Positions 42,131 through 52,312 of a stretch of 64,000 bases of DNA are shown in pieces. A model generated the notes under the pieces. That model saw only the letters and a program-made list of their open reading frames with translations. It was not told the DNA's origin and searched no databases. Every line of letters begins with the position of its first letter. Position 1 is the stretch's first letter. Source of the DNA: Fibrobacterota bacterium. Its GTDB lineage: Bacteria; Fibrobacterota; Chitinivibrionia; Chitinivibrionales; FEN-1185. The translations under genes and the position numbers were made by a program. Location of the stretch: assembly GCA_003165595.1 (NCBI GenBank), contig PLWQ01000006.1, positions 69,061-133,060 of the forward strand, written 5' to 3'.

Positions 42131-45049
42131 TTATCTTTTCCCATACACTACCAGTTTTTCCCTTAGCGCAACCTCGCTGATCGGCTTTACAAGATAATCG
42201 TTCATGCCGGCGGCGAGACAGACTTCCCTGTCTTCGGAAAGCGCGTGCGCCGTAAGGGCGATTATCGGGATTCTTTGTCCGAGCCTGCGCCGGATTTCCC
42301 TGGTGGCGTCCACGCCCCCCATCTCCGGCATCTGCACGTCCATAAAGACCATGTCGAAATGCCGGGAACATGCCTTGTCCACCGCCTCCGTCCCGTTGAC
42401 GGCAAAGGAAACCGCGCATCCCAGCTTCGCGAGCATCACGCTCAGAAGTTTCCGGTTTACCGGATTGTCCTCCGCCACGAGCACTGCGGCGCCCACTCCC
42501 TTCTGTTCGGCCGCCGAGTGTCTGGTAACGAGGTTCTCCTCGCGCGCAGGGCCCTGGCCGAACAACATGCGCATGATATTTTCAAAATCGGACCTGCTCA
42601 CCGGCTTGCTGCAATAGGCGTCGAACCCGAGATCGGCGTAGGCCCTGGCCGAGCCCGGCTCGGCATCGCCGGTGAGGGCAAAAAGCCGTGTTCCCTTGAC
42701 TGCATGCAACGCACGGACCTGCGAAGCGAAATCTGCCGCAGGCAGGTCTCTCCGCTCGCACTGGTACACGATGGCATCGGGCGCAGGATCGCATGATTGA
42801 AGCGCCGCCAAAGCCTCGGTGGCCGACCCCACTGCCGCTACAACCACCATTCCCGTCTCAGAGCACAGGCGTGCGGTGATTTCGCGCGCCGGCGGGTCGG
42901 CATCGACTATCAACATTCTCTTCCCGGCGAGCGCACCTTCGCCGGTATTCGCGCAAGACGTGCGTTCGGCTTTCTTCCCTTCGTCAAGAACCAGCGTTAC
43001 GGTAAACTCGCTGCCTTTTCCCACTTCCGAGTTTACGGTGATCACACCGCCCATTTTTTCCACCAAAGCCCGGACAATGGCAAGCCCCAACCCGGTCCCG
43101 CCGTATTTCCTGGTTGTGGAAGCGTCGGCTTGGACAAACGGATCGAAAATCTCGCGCTGCACCGCTTCCGGAATGCCCGTTCCCGTGTCAACGACGCTGA
43201 TGCGCACAAGCCGGCGTTCCGCTTTGCCTTCCATCCGGCTGTCTGTTATGCTTTCGCAAGCAACGGCGAGCGTAATGCTTCCATGGTCGGTGAATTTCGC
43301 GGCGTTGTTGAGGAGGTTGAGGAATATTTGACGCACGCGCGTGGGATCGCCCACGAAACTTCGCGGGGCGTCGGCAGGATACTCGAACCGAAGCCCCACG
43401 TCTTTCCCCGCAACGCGCTGACGCGCGATACGGAGCAGGCCGGACAAAAGATATTCAAGGTCAAAATCGATTGATTCCAGCCGGACCTCACCCGCTTCAA
43501 TCTTTGCAACATCGAGAATGTTGCTGATGATCCCGAGCAACAGATCGCCCGAAGAACAAATAGTGTCCGCGTAGTCCCGCTGTATTTCGGACAGCGGTGT
43601 GTCCGACAGCATGCGGGCAAACCCGATGACGGCGGTAAGCGGCGTTCGAATTTCGTGCGACATGTTGGCGAGGAACAGGCTCTTTGCCTTGTTTGCCGCC
43701 TCCGCATCGTCTTTGGCTTTCTCCAATTCCGCCTCCGCCTGCTTCCGAATGGAAATGTCGCGCGCAATGCCGAGCACGAGTTTCTTTTTGTCAATTACCA
43801 CGGGAACGGTGCATATTTCGACGGGAACGGCGGAACCGTCCTTTCTGTGCAGGGTAAACTCGTCGGGACCTGTGGGTCTGCCCATCATGTTCTTGGCCAG
43901 CAGCGCTGCAGCCTTGACAATATCCTCCTTGCCGATGAGGTTGAGTTTGAGAAAGCTGCTCCCCACGAGATCCCTTCGGGGAGATCCCGCCAGTTCCTCG
44001 GCTTTCCTGTTGCCGTCCACGAACGTGCCCGTAAGATCGTTCATGTAGTAGGCGTCCGGCGCGGACTCGAACAGAACCCTGAACCGCTCTTCGGAAGACT
44101 TGAGCTGCGCCGCCAGGCCGGTACGCTCCTCCAGCTCCTGCTCGAGTTTCTGTTTGGCGGCTTCGAGCTGTTTGGTTCGGAGGCGAACAAGCTCTTCGAG
44201 CTGTTCCTGGTGTTTTTCCAGCTCCCGCTGCGCAAGTTTCCGTTCCGACACGTTTCTTATGACGCCCTGTGCAAAGGCGATGCTCTTCCCTTTTTGGAAG
44301 GGAGTGATATTGATCTCCGTTGGAATCGGATTGCCGGACTTGTCCTGTAAATCAATCTCAAGATTCTTAACCGGTTTTCCCGTGAACAACTTGGCAATCA
44401 CCGAAAACGCTTTGGACATTTCGCGGCCGGGCATCACCGCGCTCACATTCCTGCCGATGAGCTCTTCGGGTGTGTACCCGTACATGTCCCGCAGATTCGG
44501 GCTTATGTACTGGATCCGGCCGGCAACATCGATCTGAAAGATCACATGATCCATGTTCTCGATGATCATCCGCAGTTTCTGTTCGCTCTCCTTGAGCTGA
44601 CGCTCGGCCTGCTTGCGTTTTGTGACATCCCGCGTTATGAAGAACAGGTCGTTGCCCTTGATATTGCCCGTGCTCACCATGTTGCGCCAATTGCCGTTCT
44701 TGTCTTTAAACCTGTATTCGAACGTCTCGGAAATGTCCGAGTCCTTTCCTGTAAAGAGCCTCTTGCCGCGGGCGCTGATGTACTTGCGCAGAAGCGGAAC
44801 CAGCAGCTTCCGATCGTCGGGGTGAATAAAAGCCAGACCGGACTTTCCCAGCAAGTCCGCGGGCTCGTAGCCGAGGATGCGCTTGTGCGAAGGGCTCAAA
44901 TACACGTACCGGGAGAAAAGATCCGTCACCGCGATCAATTCGTTGGTGTTCTCTATTATCAATCTATACCGGGCCTCGACTTCGGCAAAATCGAGGGGCG
45001 GTGCCGAGCTTGCGGCCGCAGGCTTTTTTCTTTTGAAGAACAAACCCAT
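42131..45049 (-). CDS. Hybrid sensor histidine kinase (multiple PAS, HisKA, HATPase_c, two receiver domains)
   Basis: 972 aa. It has an H-box (MSHEIRTPLTAVIGFARML), an N-box (IFLNLLNNAAKFT) and a G-box (GGTGLGLAIVRALVEKMGG). The C-terminal receiver reads VLVAEDNPVNRKLL...FMDVQMPEMGG...LTAHA...K. Confidence 0.9.
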   Translation of the reverse strand: MGLFFKRKKPAAASSAPPLDFAEVEARYRLIIENTNELIAVTDLFSRYVYLSPSHKRILGYEPADLLGKSGLAFIHPDDRKLLVPLLRKYISARGKRLFTGKDSDISETFEYRFKDKNGNWRNMVSTGNIKGNDLFFITRDVTKRKQAERQLKESEQKLRMIIENMDHVIFQIDVAGRIQYISPNLRDMYGYTPEELIGRNVSAVMPGREMSKAFSVIAKLFTGKPVKNLEIDLQDKSGNPIPTEINITPFQKGKSIAFAQGVIRNVSERKLAQRELEKHQEQLEELVRLRTKQLEAAKQKLEQELEERTGLAAQLKSSEERFRVLFESAPDAYYMNDLTGTFVDGNRKAEELAGSPRRDLVGSSFLKLNLIGKEDIVKAAALLAKNMMGRPTGPDEFTLHRKDGSAVPVEICTVPVVIDKKKLVLGIARDISIRKQAEAELEKAKDDAEAANKAKSLFLANMSHEIRTPLTAVIGFARMLSDTPLSEIQRDYADTICSSGDLLLGIISNILDVAKIEAGEVRLESIDFDLEYLLSGLLRIARQRVAGKDVGLRFEYPADAPRSFVGDPTRVRQIFLNLLNNAAKFTDHGSITLAVACESITDSRMEGKAERRLVRISVVDTGTGIPEAVQREIFDPFVQADASTTRKYGGTGLGLAIVRALVEKMGGVITVNSEVGKGSEFTVTLVLDEGKKAERTSCANTGEGALAGKRMLIVDADPPAREITARLCSETGMVVVAAVGSATEALAALQSCDPAPDAIVYQCERRDLPAADFASQVRALHAVKGTRLFALTGDAEPGSARAYADLGFDAYCSKPVSRSDFENIMRMLFGQGPAREENLVTRHSAAEQKGVGAAVLVAEDNPVNRKLLSVMLAKLGCAVSFAVNGTEAVDKACSRHFDMVFMDVQMPEMGGVDATREIRRRLGQRIPIIALTAHALSEDREVCLAAGMNDYLVKPISEVALREKLVVYGKR

Positions 45050-45178
45050 GGAACCTCGGGTATGGATGGCTATTCTCTGATTTTACACGGTTTTTCCCGA
45101 AAATGCCGTAAGAAAAACGAAGCGTGCGGCCGTGCCCGCGGCTAAATACGTGTGGGGCGCCGCCTATCACCGCTACGC

Positions 45179-45281
45179 GGGCGCCCCGCCGAAGACGGCG
45201 ACGGTTCTCCTTCCGGACTCGGCCAAGGCCTCGGTGCCGGGGGCGTCGCCCCCAACCCCCCACCTACTTTCTGTCTGCAGC
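45179..45281 (-). repeat. GC-rich element, truncated/degenerate copy
   Basis: On the plus strand it reads GGGCGCCCCGCCGAAGACGGCG..TTCTCCTTCCGGACTCGGCC AAGGCCTCGGTGCC, then the hairpin GGGGGC-GTC-GCCCCC, then CCACCTAC...CTGCAG (a head remnant). No P1 hairpin. Confidence 0.6.
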
Positions 45282-45294
45282 GACAGAAAGTAGG
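45263..45294. repeat. Perfect 13-bp hairpin
   Basis: CCTACTTTCTGTC-TGCAGC-GACAGAAAGTAGG. It overlaps the head remnant of the degenerate copy. Confidence 0.7.
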
Positions 45295-45599
45295 CAAAGA
45301 ACGCCGCGCCTACAGCGCCGCCTGATCGCTCGGCCGTCGGGCCGCTCGTGAACTCACCCCGCAGAACAGTTGCAGGATCTGAACGAAGATGCCGGTCTCG
45401 GACAGCACGAGCGGGCCAAACCTCCGGCCGAGTGGGCGGCGCTGATGGCGGAAGACAAAGACCAATACAATTCGGATTGATTCACCAGACGTTGTTGACG
45501 CATTGCACTCTTACCTCCTCGCCACTGATGGAGAAAGAAAAAGCAAAACAATTCAAGTTGATTCGCGCAAGCCCTTATTTACAAGTGGGCAAAGTACTT

Positions 45600-45819
45600 C
45601 TGCCAGCGTTAGGTGGACTGAAAGGCGCGCAAGAGCGCGGTACCGCCTGACCGCGGCCGCAGGCCCTAGCGGCAGGCGGTACCGAGGCGAGCCGGAGCAC
45701 ATGGATGTGCGGAGACCATCACGCATAGGCGTGACCGAAACGGCGCGAGCAGGATGCGAAGCGTGAATAGCCGAGCCTGTAAGGAGACCGACCCAAGCGC
45801 AGCGAGGGTAACGCCCATT
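45600..45819 (+). repeat. GC-rich structured intergenic element, long variant (copy 8)
   Basis: Head CTGCCAGCGTTAGGTGGACTGAAAGG; P1 CGCGC-AAGA-GCGCG; P2 outer GGTACCGCCTG (45639-45649) / CAGGCGGTACC (45673-45683). A ~76-nt insertion at 45689-45765 holds a second GAGCC...GGAGACC box and two extra hairpins. Then ATAGCCGAGCCTGTAAGGAGACCGACC and TAACGCCCATT. An extra tail fragment, GCGGCGGGGCGCCCAGATC, lies at 45823-45843. Confidence 0.8.
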
Positions 45820-45943
45820 CAAGGCGGCGGGGCGCCCAGATCCTGACCCACTACAAAGCAGCAAATACCCTCCATATCACCCTGGATTATTTTCATACAA
45901 TAGAACATCCGTCCGAAAGGTCATTATCTAACAAGGAGAACAA

Positions 45944-46717
45944 ATGGACAAGAAAGTGGCGGTCGTCACGGGTGCAAGCGGCGGCATCGGCGCGGAGTTG
46001 TGCAAAAAACTCGGCGGCGACGGCTGGTGCGTGGTTCTGGCGGCCCGCAGGGAACAGGAATTGAAAGCCGTTGCAGCGCAATGCGGCGTCGATACGCTGG
46101 TGGTAGTCACCGACGTCAGGAAACGGTCAGACGTGGACAGGCTCAAGGAGCAGACGCTTGCCAGATTCGGAAGAATCGACGTGTGGGTCAATAACGCGGG
46201 CAGGGGCATCGGCAGGAAAGTGCTGGACCTTGCCGAATCGGACCTCGACGAAATGATCTCCGTAAATGTCAAGAGCGTTCTCTTTGGCATACAGGCCGTA
46301 GTCCCTTATTTCCAGAAGCAGGGCGCCGGCCATATCATAAATATCTCGTCCTTTTTGGGACGGGTACCGTTCGTGACCGACCGCTCCGCGTACAACGCCT
46401 CCAAGAGCGCAATGAACATGCTTACCGCAAATCTGCGCATGGACCTTCGCAGAACGCATCCGGGAATCAAGGTCTCGCTCGTGATGCCCGGCGTGGTGAC
46501 GTCCGAGTTTGCGAACAATGCGATGTACGGCACGCCCATGCCGCCCGGCCTTGCCGGCCGTGTCAATGCGCAGACCCCGCAACAAGTGGCAGACATTCTT
46601 TTCGACCTCATCAAGTACCCGAAGCCGGAAGTCTACACCAATCCTTCGTCGGCAGAAACCGCAAAGGCGTACTATTCGGACGTGGGAGCGTTTGAGGAGA
46701 AGATGGGAAGAAGTTGA
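45944..46717 (+). CDS. Short-chain dehydrogenase/reductase (SDR) family oxidoreductase
   Basis: 257 aa with TGASGGIG (cofactor binding), NNAG and YNASKSAM (YxxxK). Confidence 0.9.
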   Translation: MDKKVAVVTGASGGIGAELCKKLGGDGWCVVLAARREQELKAVAAQCGVDTLVVVTDVRKRSDVDRLKEQTLARFGRIDVWVNNAGRGIGRKVLDLAESDLDEMISVNVKSVLFGIQAVVPYFQKQGAGHIINISSFLGRVPFVTDRSAYNASKSAMNMLTANLRMDLRRTHPGIKVSLVMPGVVTSEFANNAMYGTPMPPGLAGRVNAQTPQQVADILFDLIKYPKPEVYTNPSSAETAKAYYSDVGAFEEKMGRS

Positions 46718-46871
46718 TAATTTGTAGTTGACAGCCAATGCAAAGCTTTGTTTGGCCTTGGTGCGCAACCTTCTCAACGCGACAGTCATGTTCTGCTATG
46801 AAGACCCATGCGCTTCTATTCCCGACTTGTCAATCATTATTGCTTTTTGTGGTTTTCTTCCCATTCCCGGC

Positions 46872-47290
46872 TTATAGAACGATGGTTCTGCGCGCAAGCG
46901 TGCGGCCGCCGGCCTCGAGTTGCAGCACGTTTACGCCGTTGGACATACTCCTCCGGTGGTACGTCAGGCTGTGGGCGCCCGCCGCCTGCATCCCATCGGC
47001 AAGGATCCTTACCAGCCTGCCGGACAAATCGAATACGGCCAAACGGACGTCCAAGGATTTGTCGCGTCCTGGCTCCCATCGCCGTAGGCGGAAGCCTGCA
47101 GGGTCGTGTAAATGGCGGAGCGGTTCGGGATGCCGCCGATTGACATAAGACCGGGCACCCACGCAGCGGCGCGGTCGGGCGGCAGGATCGCGCTCGATGA
47201 CGGAACGTTGATTGACAGGACCAGAATGGCCGCCCAAAGCGCCTTTATCGGGTTTGTGAATGGATTCATAGTTATTCCCCCATCGTTCAT
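46872..47290 (-). pseudogene. Remnant of a secreted T9SS cargo gene: N-terminal signal region joined out of frame to a C-terminal sorting domain
   Basis: Frame A (47290->47009) reads MNPFTNPIKALWAAILVLSINVPSSSAILPPDRAAAWVPGLMSIGGIPNRSAIYTTLQASAYGDGSQDATN, then junk. Frame B, from ~47057 to 46872, reads SLDVRLAVFDLSGRLVRILADGMQAAGAHSLTYHRRSMSNGVNVLQLEAGGRTLARRTIVL (a Por-tail pattern). The catalytic body is missing. Confidence 0.5.
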
Positions 47291-47468
47291 GAGCTCTTAT
47301 CCGGCCTCACTTTGATTATACGATGTTCGCGGCGTGCGGATCTTTTTTTTGATGTATTGACACAATGTGCGGGCGATGTGTGTGACAAGACACAAATCAC
47401 TTGGTCGTTTCTCTAGCGCCCCTCCGGTTGGGCGACGGAAATTCCTCGCCACGATAGAAAGACAAGAA

Positions 47469-47540
47469 GGTGGACTTTGCCCAGCTGCCACGACAAGTTA
47501 GTAAATTGGGCGCCCCGAGCGCAGCGAGGGGAACGGGCGG
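47469..47540. repeat. Scrambled fragment of the GC-rich element
   Basis: GGTGGAC-TT-TGCCCAGC carries the head pieces in permuted order. It is followed by AAATTGGGCGCCCC (tail, minus sense) fused to CCCGAGCGCAGCGAGGGGAACG (tail, plus sense). Confidence 0.5.
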
Positions 47541-47801
47541 CGGGAGTGTAAAAAGCATCGAAAAACTGGATTTTCGGCGAACTGCCCAAAGCAAATGCGA
47601 TGGCTGCGGAAAAACTGATGGCACTGGGGGTGACAGGGCAGTTGCGGGAGTTTCTGGCGAGATGAGAGCGAAAAATCATATATTTTGTGGTATGCACTAC
47701 CTTCATCAAGAAGAATGGCACATGTCCGGTTTTGCTAAAATCCTCCTTAAAGATGGTTCTGTTTCCTGTAACGAGCAAGCTCCGCTCCCCGCGCTGGCTC
47801 C

Positions 47802-49103
47802 ATGAAAATCCTGTTTATTTATCCGAAATTCATGAAATATCTTGAGGGTTTTCCGGGACGTTCCTTTGCCGGCGCCGAATACCTGAACGGCTACTCGTAT
47901 CCTCCGGCATTGGCAATTGCGGTTTTGATGTCCGTTACCAGCGATAAACACGAATGTGTTTTCATGGATGAAAATATTGAAGAAATCGACTATAACACGG
48001 ATGCCGATGTCATTGCGCTTAGTATCTTTACACCTCAGGCCGGTTTTGCATACAGCATCTGCTCCCGGTTCCGCAGCCTGGGCAAACTGGTGGTCGTTGG
48101 CGGGGTGCACCCCACGGTATGTCAGGAAGAAGCCTCGAGATACGCCGACATCGTTTGCGTGGGGGAAGGCGAAAAGGCATGGGTACAAATCCTTGAGGAC
48201 ATCGAAGACGGAACCTGGAGAAAAGTGTACCGCCAGGAAACGGCAACAGATCCGAAGACAATTCCCGTTCCCAAAAGGTCAGCCTATTATGCCAATACCG
48301 ACAGTTATACCATTCTCTTTGACTATCTGGAACTGTCCCGCGGCTGCAACGCCCTCTGTGACAGCTGTGTCGTTCCGCAGGTTTCGGGAAAAGAGTTCCG
48401 TTACAAGAGAATCGAGAAAATCGTTGAAGATGTCGGCACCATGCGATATCCGATGTGCTTCATCACCGATGACGTCGTTTATATGCCGCAGAACAGTGAG
48501 AGCAGGAAATTCCTGGTCGAGGTGTTTAACGAGATAGGAAGAAGCGGTTACGGCAGGAACCATGGTTTCTATATAGCAAGCACGGCAATGTACCCTCCGG
48601 ATCCCGAGCTGTTGTCTGCGATGCGCTATGCCGGAGCACGGGTTTCATACTTCACCCTCGGGCTTGATCCGTTTTCAAACTCAATCATGACCGGCGATCA
48701 CGGCAGGTACCGGCGGATGATGGTTGATCAGGCACGACAGCTTCAGGATGCCGGCCTGCTGGTGTATCCGGCTTTTCACCTGGGGTTTGACGATCACACG
48801 TGTGCGATCAAGGAGAATATCCTGGAATTCTGCCGTGAAGCGGACCTTTCGCTGGCCCAATTCTGCATGCGGATGCCCTGGCCGGGCACCATCATGTGGA
48901 AGCGGCTAAACGATGAGGGCCGGATCCTTCATACCGATTGGAAAAGATATTATGGTTCGAGTGTCGTGTTTGTGCCGAAAAAGATGACTGCGGAACAATT
49001 GGAGGGCATTGCCGCTGATCTCTGGAGCGAATTCTCCCTTAATTTCCACAAACTTTACAAAATCCAGCGCACGGAGGTCGTCGGCATCGGCTCGCTTGAT
49101 TAA
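47802..49103 (+). CDS. B12-binding-domain radical SAM protein (second paralogue)
   Basis: 433 aa. It has an N-terminal B12-binding-like domain (MKILFIYPKF...DVIALSIFTPQ...VVGGVHPT) and a radical SAM motif LSRGCNALCDSC. Confidence 0.85.
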   Translation: MKILFIYPKFMKYLEGFPGRSFAGAEYLNGYSYPPALAIAVLMSVTSDKHECVFMDENIEEIDYNTDADVIALSIFTPQAGFAYSICSRFRSLGKLVVVGGVHPTVCQEEASRYADIVCVGEGEKAWVQILEDIEDGTWRKVYRQETATDPKTIPVPKRSAYYANTDSYTILFDYLELSRGCNALCDSCVVPQVSGKEFRYKRIEKIVEDVGTMRYPMCFITDDVVYMPQNSESRKFLVEVFNEIGRSGYGRNHGFYIASTAMYPPDPELLSAMRYAGARVSYFTLGLDPFSNSIMTGDHGRYRRMMVDQARQLQDAGLLVYPAFHLGFDDHTCAIKENILEFCREADLSLAQFCMRMPWPGTIMWKRLNDEGRILHTDWKRYYGSSVVFVPKKMTAEQLEGIAADLWSEFSLNFHKLYKIQRTEVVGIGSLD

Positions 49104-49164
49104 TTATCGTGGCCTTTTTTCAATCGGAATACCTGACTGTAAATACCCACCGGCCGGCACCTCT

Positions 49165-51045
49165 TTACTGCGGACGCTCGGAAAGTTCTTCCCATCGACC
49201 ATATGCTTCGCCGAGATCACGGTCGATTGTCGCGAGGCGTTCCTTTGACGTTGTTATGAAACCGGGCTTGCCGAAGCAGGCCGGGTCCGCCATCCGCATG
49301 CTGAGTTCCTCATGCTCTTTTTCCAGCTTCTCTATGAGAGCCGGCAATGAATCAAGTTCACGTTTTTCTTTAAAAGAAAGTTTTACTATCTCCGGTGTGA
49401 CGGGAGCGGCAACCGATGTTTTTTTGCGCGTCGCTGCAGCCGCAGGTTTTTCCGGAAGTCCTGAAAGCGCTTTAGTGGCCTGCCAATCGTCATAGCCGCC
49501 CACGTATTCCTTCACTCTGCCGTTTCCTTCGAAAACAAGCGTGGCTGTTATCACATTATTCAGGAACTCCCGGTCGTGGCTGACGACAAGGACCGTACCC
49601 GGATACGCAAGCAGGATTTCTTCGAGAAGCTCCAATGTCTCGGCGTCCAGGTCATTGGTGGGCTCGTCGAGCACCAAGACATTTGACGGCTGCGTGAACA
49701 GTCGTGCGAGCATAAGCCGGTTCCGCTCGCCGCCGGACAATTGCTTTACGGGACATTTGGCCCTGTCCGACGTAAAGAGAAAATCCTGAAGGTAGGCGAT
49801 GACGTGTTTGGGCGCTCCATTGACAAACACGGTGTCGCCGCCGCCGGGCGCCACGTTTTCCCACACGGTCTTTTGCGGGTCGAGAATCTCCCGAAGCTGG
49901 TCGAAATATACCGGGGCAAGTTTTGTGCCGAAACGGATAGTCCCGGATTGCGGTTCCAATTTGCCAAGGAGCAGGTTGAGCAGCGTTGTTTTGCCGCAGC
50001 CGTTGGGCCCGATGATGCCGATGCGGTCACCGCGCATGATGGTCGTCGTAAGGTCCGCGATTATTGGAGTCCCATCGTAGGAAAATCGGATGTTTTCGGC
50101 CTCAAGCACACGATCGCCGGAACGCTGCGCCGTGCTGATTGCCATGGACACCGTCCCGGTACGTATCCGGCGTTTTTTCCGTTCGTCGCGCATTTTCAAA
50201 AGCGCGCGCACGCGGCCTTCGTTGCGGGTCCTCCGCGCCTTGATGCCCCGGCGTATCCACACTTCCTCCTGTGCGAGCTTCTTGTCGAACCGCGTCCATG
50301 CCATTTCCTCCGCGTCAAGTACAGCCTGCTTCCGGACAAGAAATGTACCGTAATCGCAGGACCAGTCTACAAGTCGTCCGCGGTCGAGTTCGATAATACG
50401 CGTTGCGAGTCGCCGCAACAGCCGCCGGTCATGGGTGACGAAAAGTACCGTGAGCCTTGCACCGAGGATGAACGATTCAAGCCAGGCAATGGATTCGATG
50501 TCAAGATGGTTTGTGGGTTCGTCGAGGAGAAGCACGGTGGGTTCCGCAACGAGCGCACGCGCCAGCATCACGCGCCGGCGCATTCCTCCGGACAGGGTTT
50601 CGAAGCCCAAAGAACCGTCCAATCCTGTCTGGTCGAGCACCCGCTCCACGCTCGTCTGAATCTTCCAGCCGTCGTGCTGGTCGAGATGGTGGTGCAGTTT
50701 AAAAATCTTCTCCGGATCGCCATGAAGAGCGGTGAGACGATGCAGCAATGCGAGTTCTTCACCTCGTGTTCCTGCACCGCCGGCCACGACTTCAAAAACG
50801 CTTCCGGAAACCCCTGTTGGAACTTCCTGGGGAAGGTAAGCGATACGGATACCCGGGGCGACGATAATGTTCCCGGAATCGGGCGCCATTTCGCCGGCGA
50901 TAATCTTCATGAACGTGGATTTGCCCGCGCCATTTCTCCCCAGAAAGCAGATGCGCTGGCCTTCCTGTATGTCCAGCGAAACGTTCTCGAGCAGCAGCGG
51001 ACCGCCGAATGCAATGTTGATATTGTGAAGGCTGACAAGCGACAT
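49165..51045 (-). CDS. ABC-F family ATPase (Uup/EttA-like, no TM domain)
   Basis: ORF 49165..51078; the likely start is MSLVSLHNINIAFGG at 51045. It has two cassettes, GRNGAGKST/LSGGMRRR/LLLDEPTNHLD and GPNGCGKTT/LSGGERNR/LVLDEPTNDLD, plus a C-terminal coiled coil. Confidence 0.9.
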   Translation of the reverse strand: MSLVSLHNINIAFGGPLLLENVSLDIQEGQRICFLGRNGAGKSTFMKIIAGEMAPDSGNIIVAPGIRIAYLPQEVPTGVSGSVFEVVAGGAGTRGEELALLHRLTALHGDPEKIFKLHHHLDQHDGWKIQTSVERVLDQTGLDGSLGFETLSGGMRRRVMLARALVAEPTVLLLDEPTNHLDIESIAWLESFILGARLTVLFVTHDRRLLRRLATRIIELDRGRLVDWSCDYGTFLVRKQAVLDAEEMAWTRFDKKLAQEEVWIRRGIKARRTRNEGRVRALLKMRDERKKRRIRTGTVSMAISTAQRSGDRVLEAENIRFSYDGTPIIADLTTTIMRGDRIGIIGPNGCGKTTLLNLLLGKLEPQSGTIRFGTKLAPVYFDQLREILDPQKTVWENVAPGGGDTVFVNGAPKHVIAYLQDFLFTSDRAKCPVKQLSGGERNRLMLARLFTQPSNVLVLDEPTNDLDAETLELLEEILLAYPGTVLVVSHDREFLNNVITATLVFEGNGRVKEYVGGYDDWQATKALSGLPEKPAAAATRKKTSVAAPVTPEIVKLSFKEKRELDSLPALIEKLEKEHEELSMRMADPACFGKPGFITTSKERLATIDRDLGEAYGRWEELSERPQ

Positions 51046-51277
51046 GGAAGCATTATCTATTGAAGAACCCCGCCCCAAGTGGCGGGGATTGTCACTTCGT
51101 TCTTAAAGGTAAAGTGCTCGGGCCTTCGGCCCAATTTATTATTATAATCGCCTTTTCTTCCTTAACTGTGGAAACAATTTACTCTCTATTCGCCCGCTAA
51201 CCTCGCGCAAAGTCGCGGGGACCGCGAATACAACCGGATGTACGCCCCAGTGAGCAGCCTGTAATGCGCGGGCTGTG

Positions 51278-52312
51278 TTACTCAAAATGAACTGTTATTC
51301 CCGAATCCGGCTTGAGCGCATTTTTCAATCCCGCGCTCGCCCACCCCACTTTGGCGCTGTCGATCAGGAACCCCTGCAAATCTCTTGACGCAAGATACTG
51401 GAGCGCCTGGCGGGCAGGCATGAGAAACGCAGTCTTGACAACAGCGTCAACCTGCAGCGGATCGTGACCCACCACCGTAGCGCTCATGTTGAGCGAGCCG
51501 GGCACGCCCGTGTTCGGATTGAACAGGTGGTGATACCGCTTGCCGTTGGCAAAGAAGCACCGTTCGTAGTCGCCGCTGGTGAACACGCACACGGTGCTGC
51601 AGGCAAGTGTCGCGATAAGGCTCTCGGGCCTGCGCGGGTCCTGGATGCCGATAATCCAGCTGTCTCGCGACGGCTTTTTCCCGCAGGCGATAAGGTCGCC
51701 GCCCGCATTGACGAGGAAGCTTGCGTGTCCCTGTGCCCGCAGGAACCGCTCCGCCTGCGTGAGCACATATCCTTTGGCAATGCCGCCAAAGTCAAGGTGC
51801 ATGCCGGCGGGCATCACCAGAACGCTGTCCGAAACGAACCTGATGCGGCCGAAACCGATATTCGCCAGCACCGCGGCAAGCTCCGCAGATGTTGGAACGT
51901 GATATTCTTCCTTCTGGTGAGATTCCAGGCCGTACAACAGCTTGAGCGGCTCAACGGTCACGTCGAACAGTCCCTTCGACAGGGCGAATTCGCTTCTGCA
52001 AACCGATAGTATACGGCGCAGCGTGCCGTTGACGGTCACCGTGGAATCGGTCCGGTGGTTGATCCGGTATATTTCACTTTCGGGTTTCGATATGGACAGG
52101 CTGTCTTCGAGCCGGGCAAAGAGCGCCGCAAGCGAGTCGAGGTCCCTGTCGGCATGCGACGAAACGGAATACAGGGTCACAGAGATGACCGTATCGAGCG
52201 CGGAAAAATGCTTTGTATACTTCTTAGCCGATCCGCACGACAGGAGAAGCGCCGCGCACAGGAGAATTCCCGAACGCCTAGAGATCGACAGGAGCAATGA
52301 CTTTTTCACCAT
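51278..52312 (-). CDS. apbE: FAD:protein FMN transferase (ApbE family) lipoprotein
   Basis: 344 aa. Lipobox LLLSCG; motifs DFGGIAKGYVL and TSGDYERCF...YHHLFNPNTG. Confidence 0.85.
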   Translation of the reverse strand: MVKKSLLLSISRRSGILLCAALLLSCGSAKKYTKHFSALDTVISVTLYSVSSHADRDLDSLAALFARLEDSLSISKPESEIYRINHRTDSTVTVNGTLRRILSVCRSEFALSKGLFDVTVEPLKLLYGLESHQKEEYHVPTSAELAAVLANIGFGRIRFVSDSVLVMPAGMHLDFGGIAKGYVLTQAERFLRAQGHASFLVNAGGDLIACGKKPSRDSWIIGIQDPRRPESLIATLACSTVCVFTSGDYERCFFANGKRYHHLFNPNTGVPGSLNMSATVVGHDPLQVDAVVKTAFLMPARQALQYLASRDLQGFLIDSAKVGWASAGLKNALKPDSGITVHFE

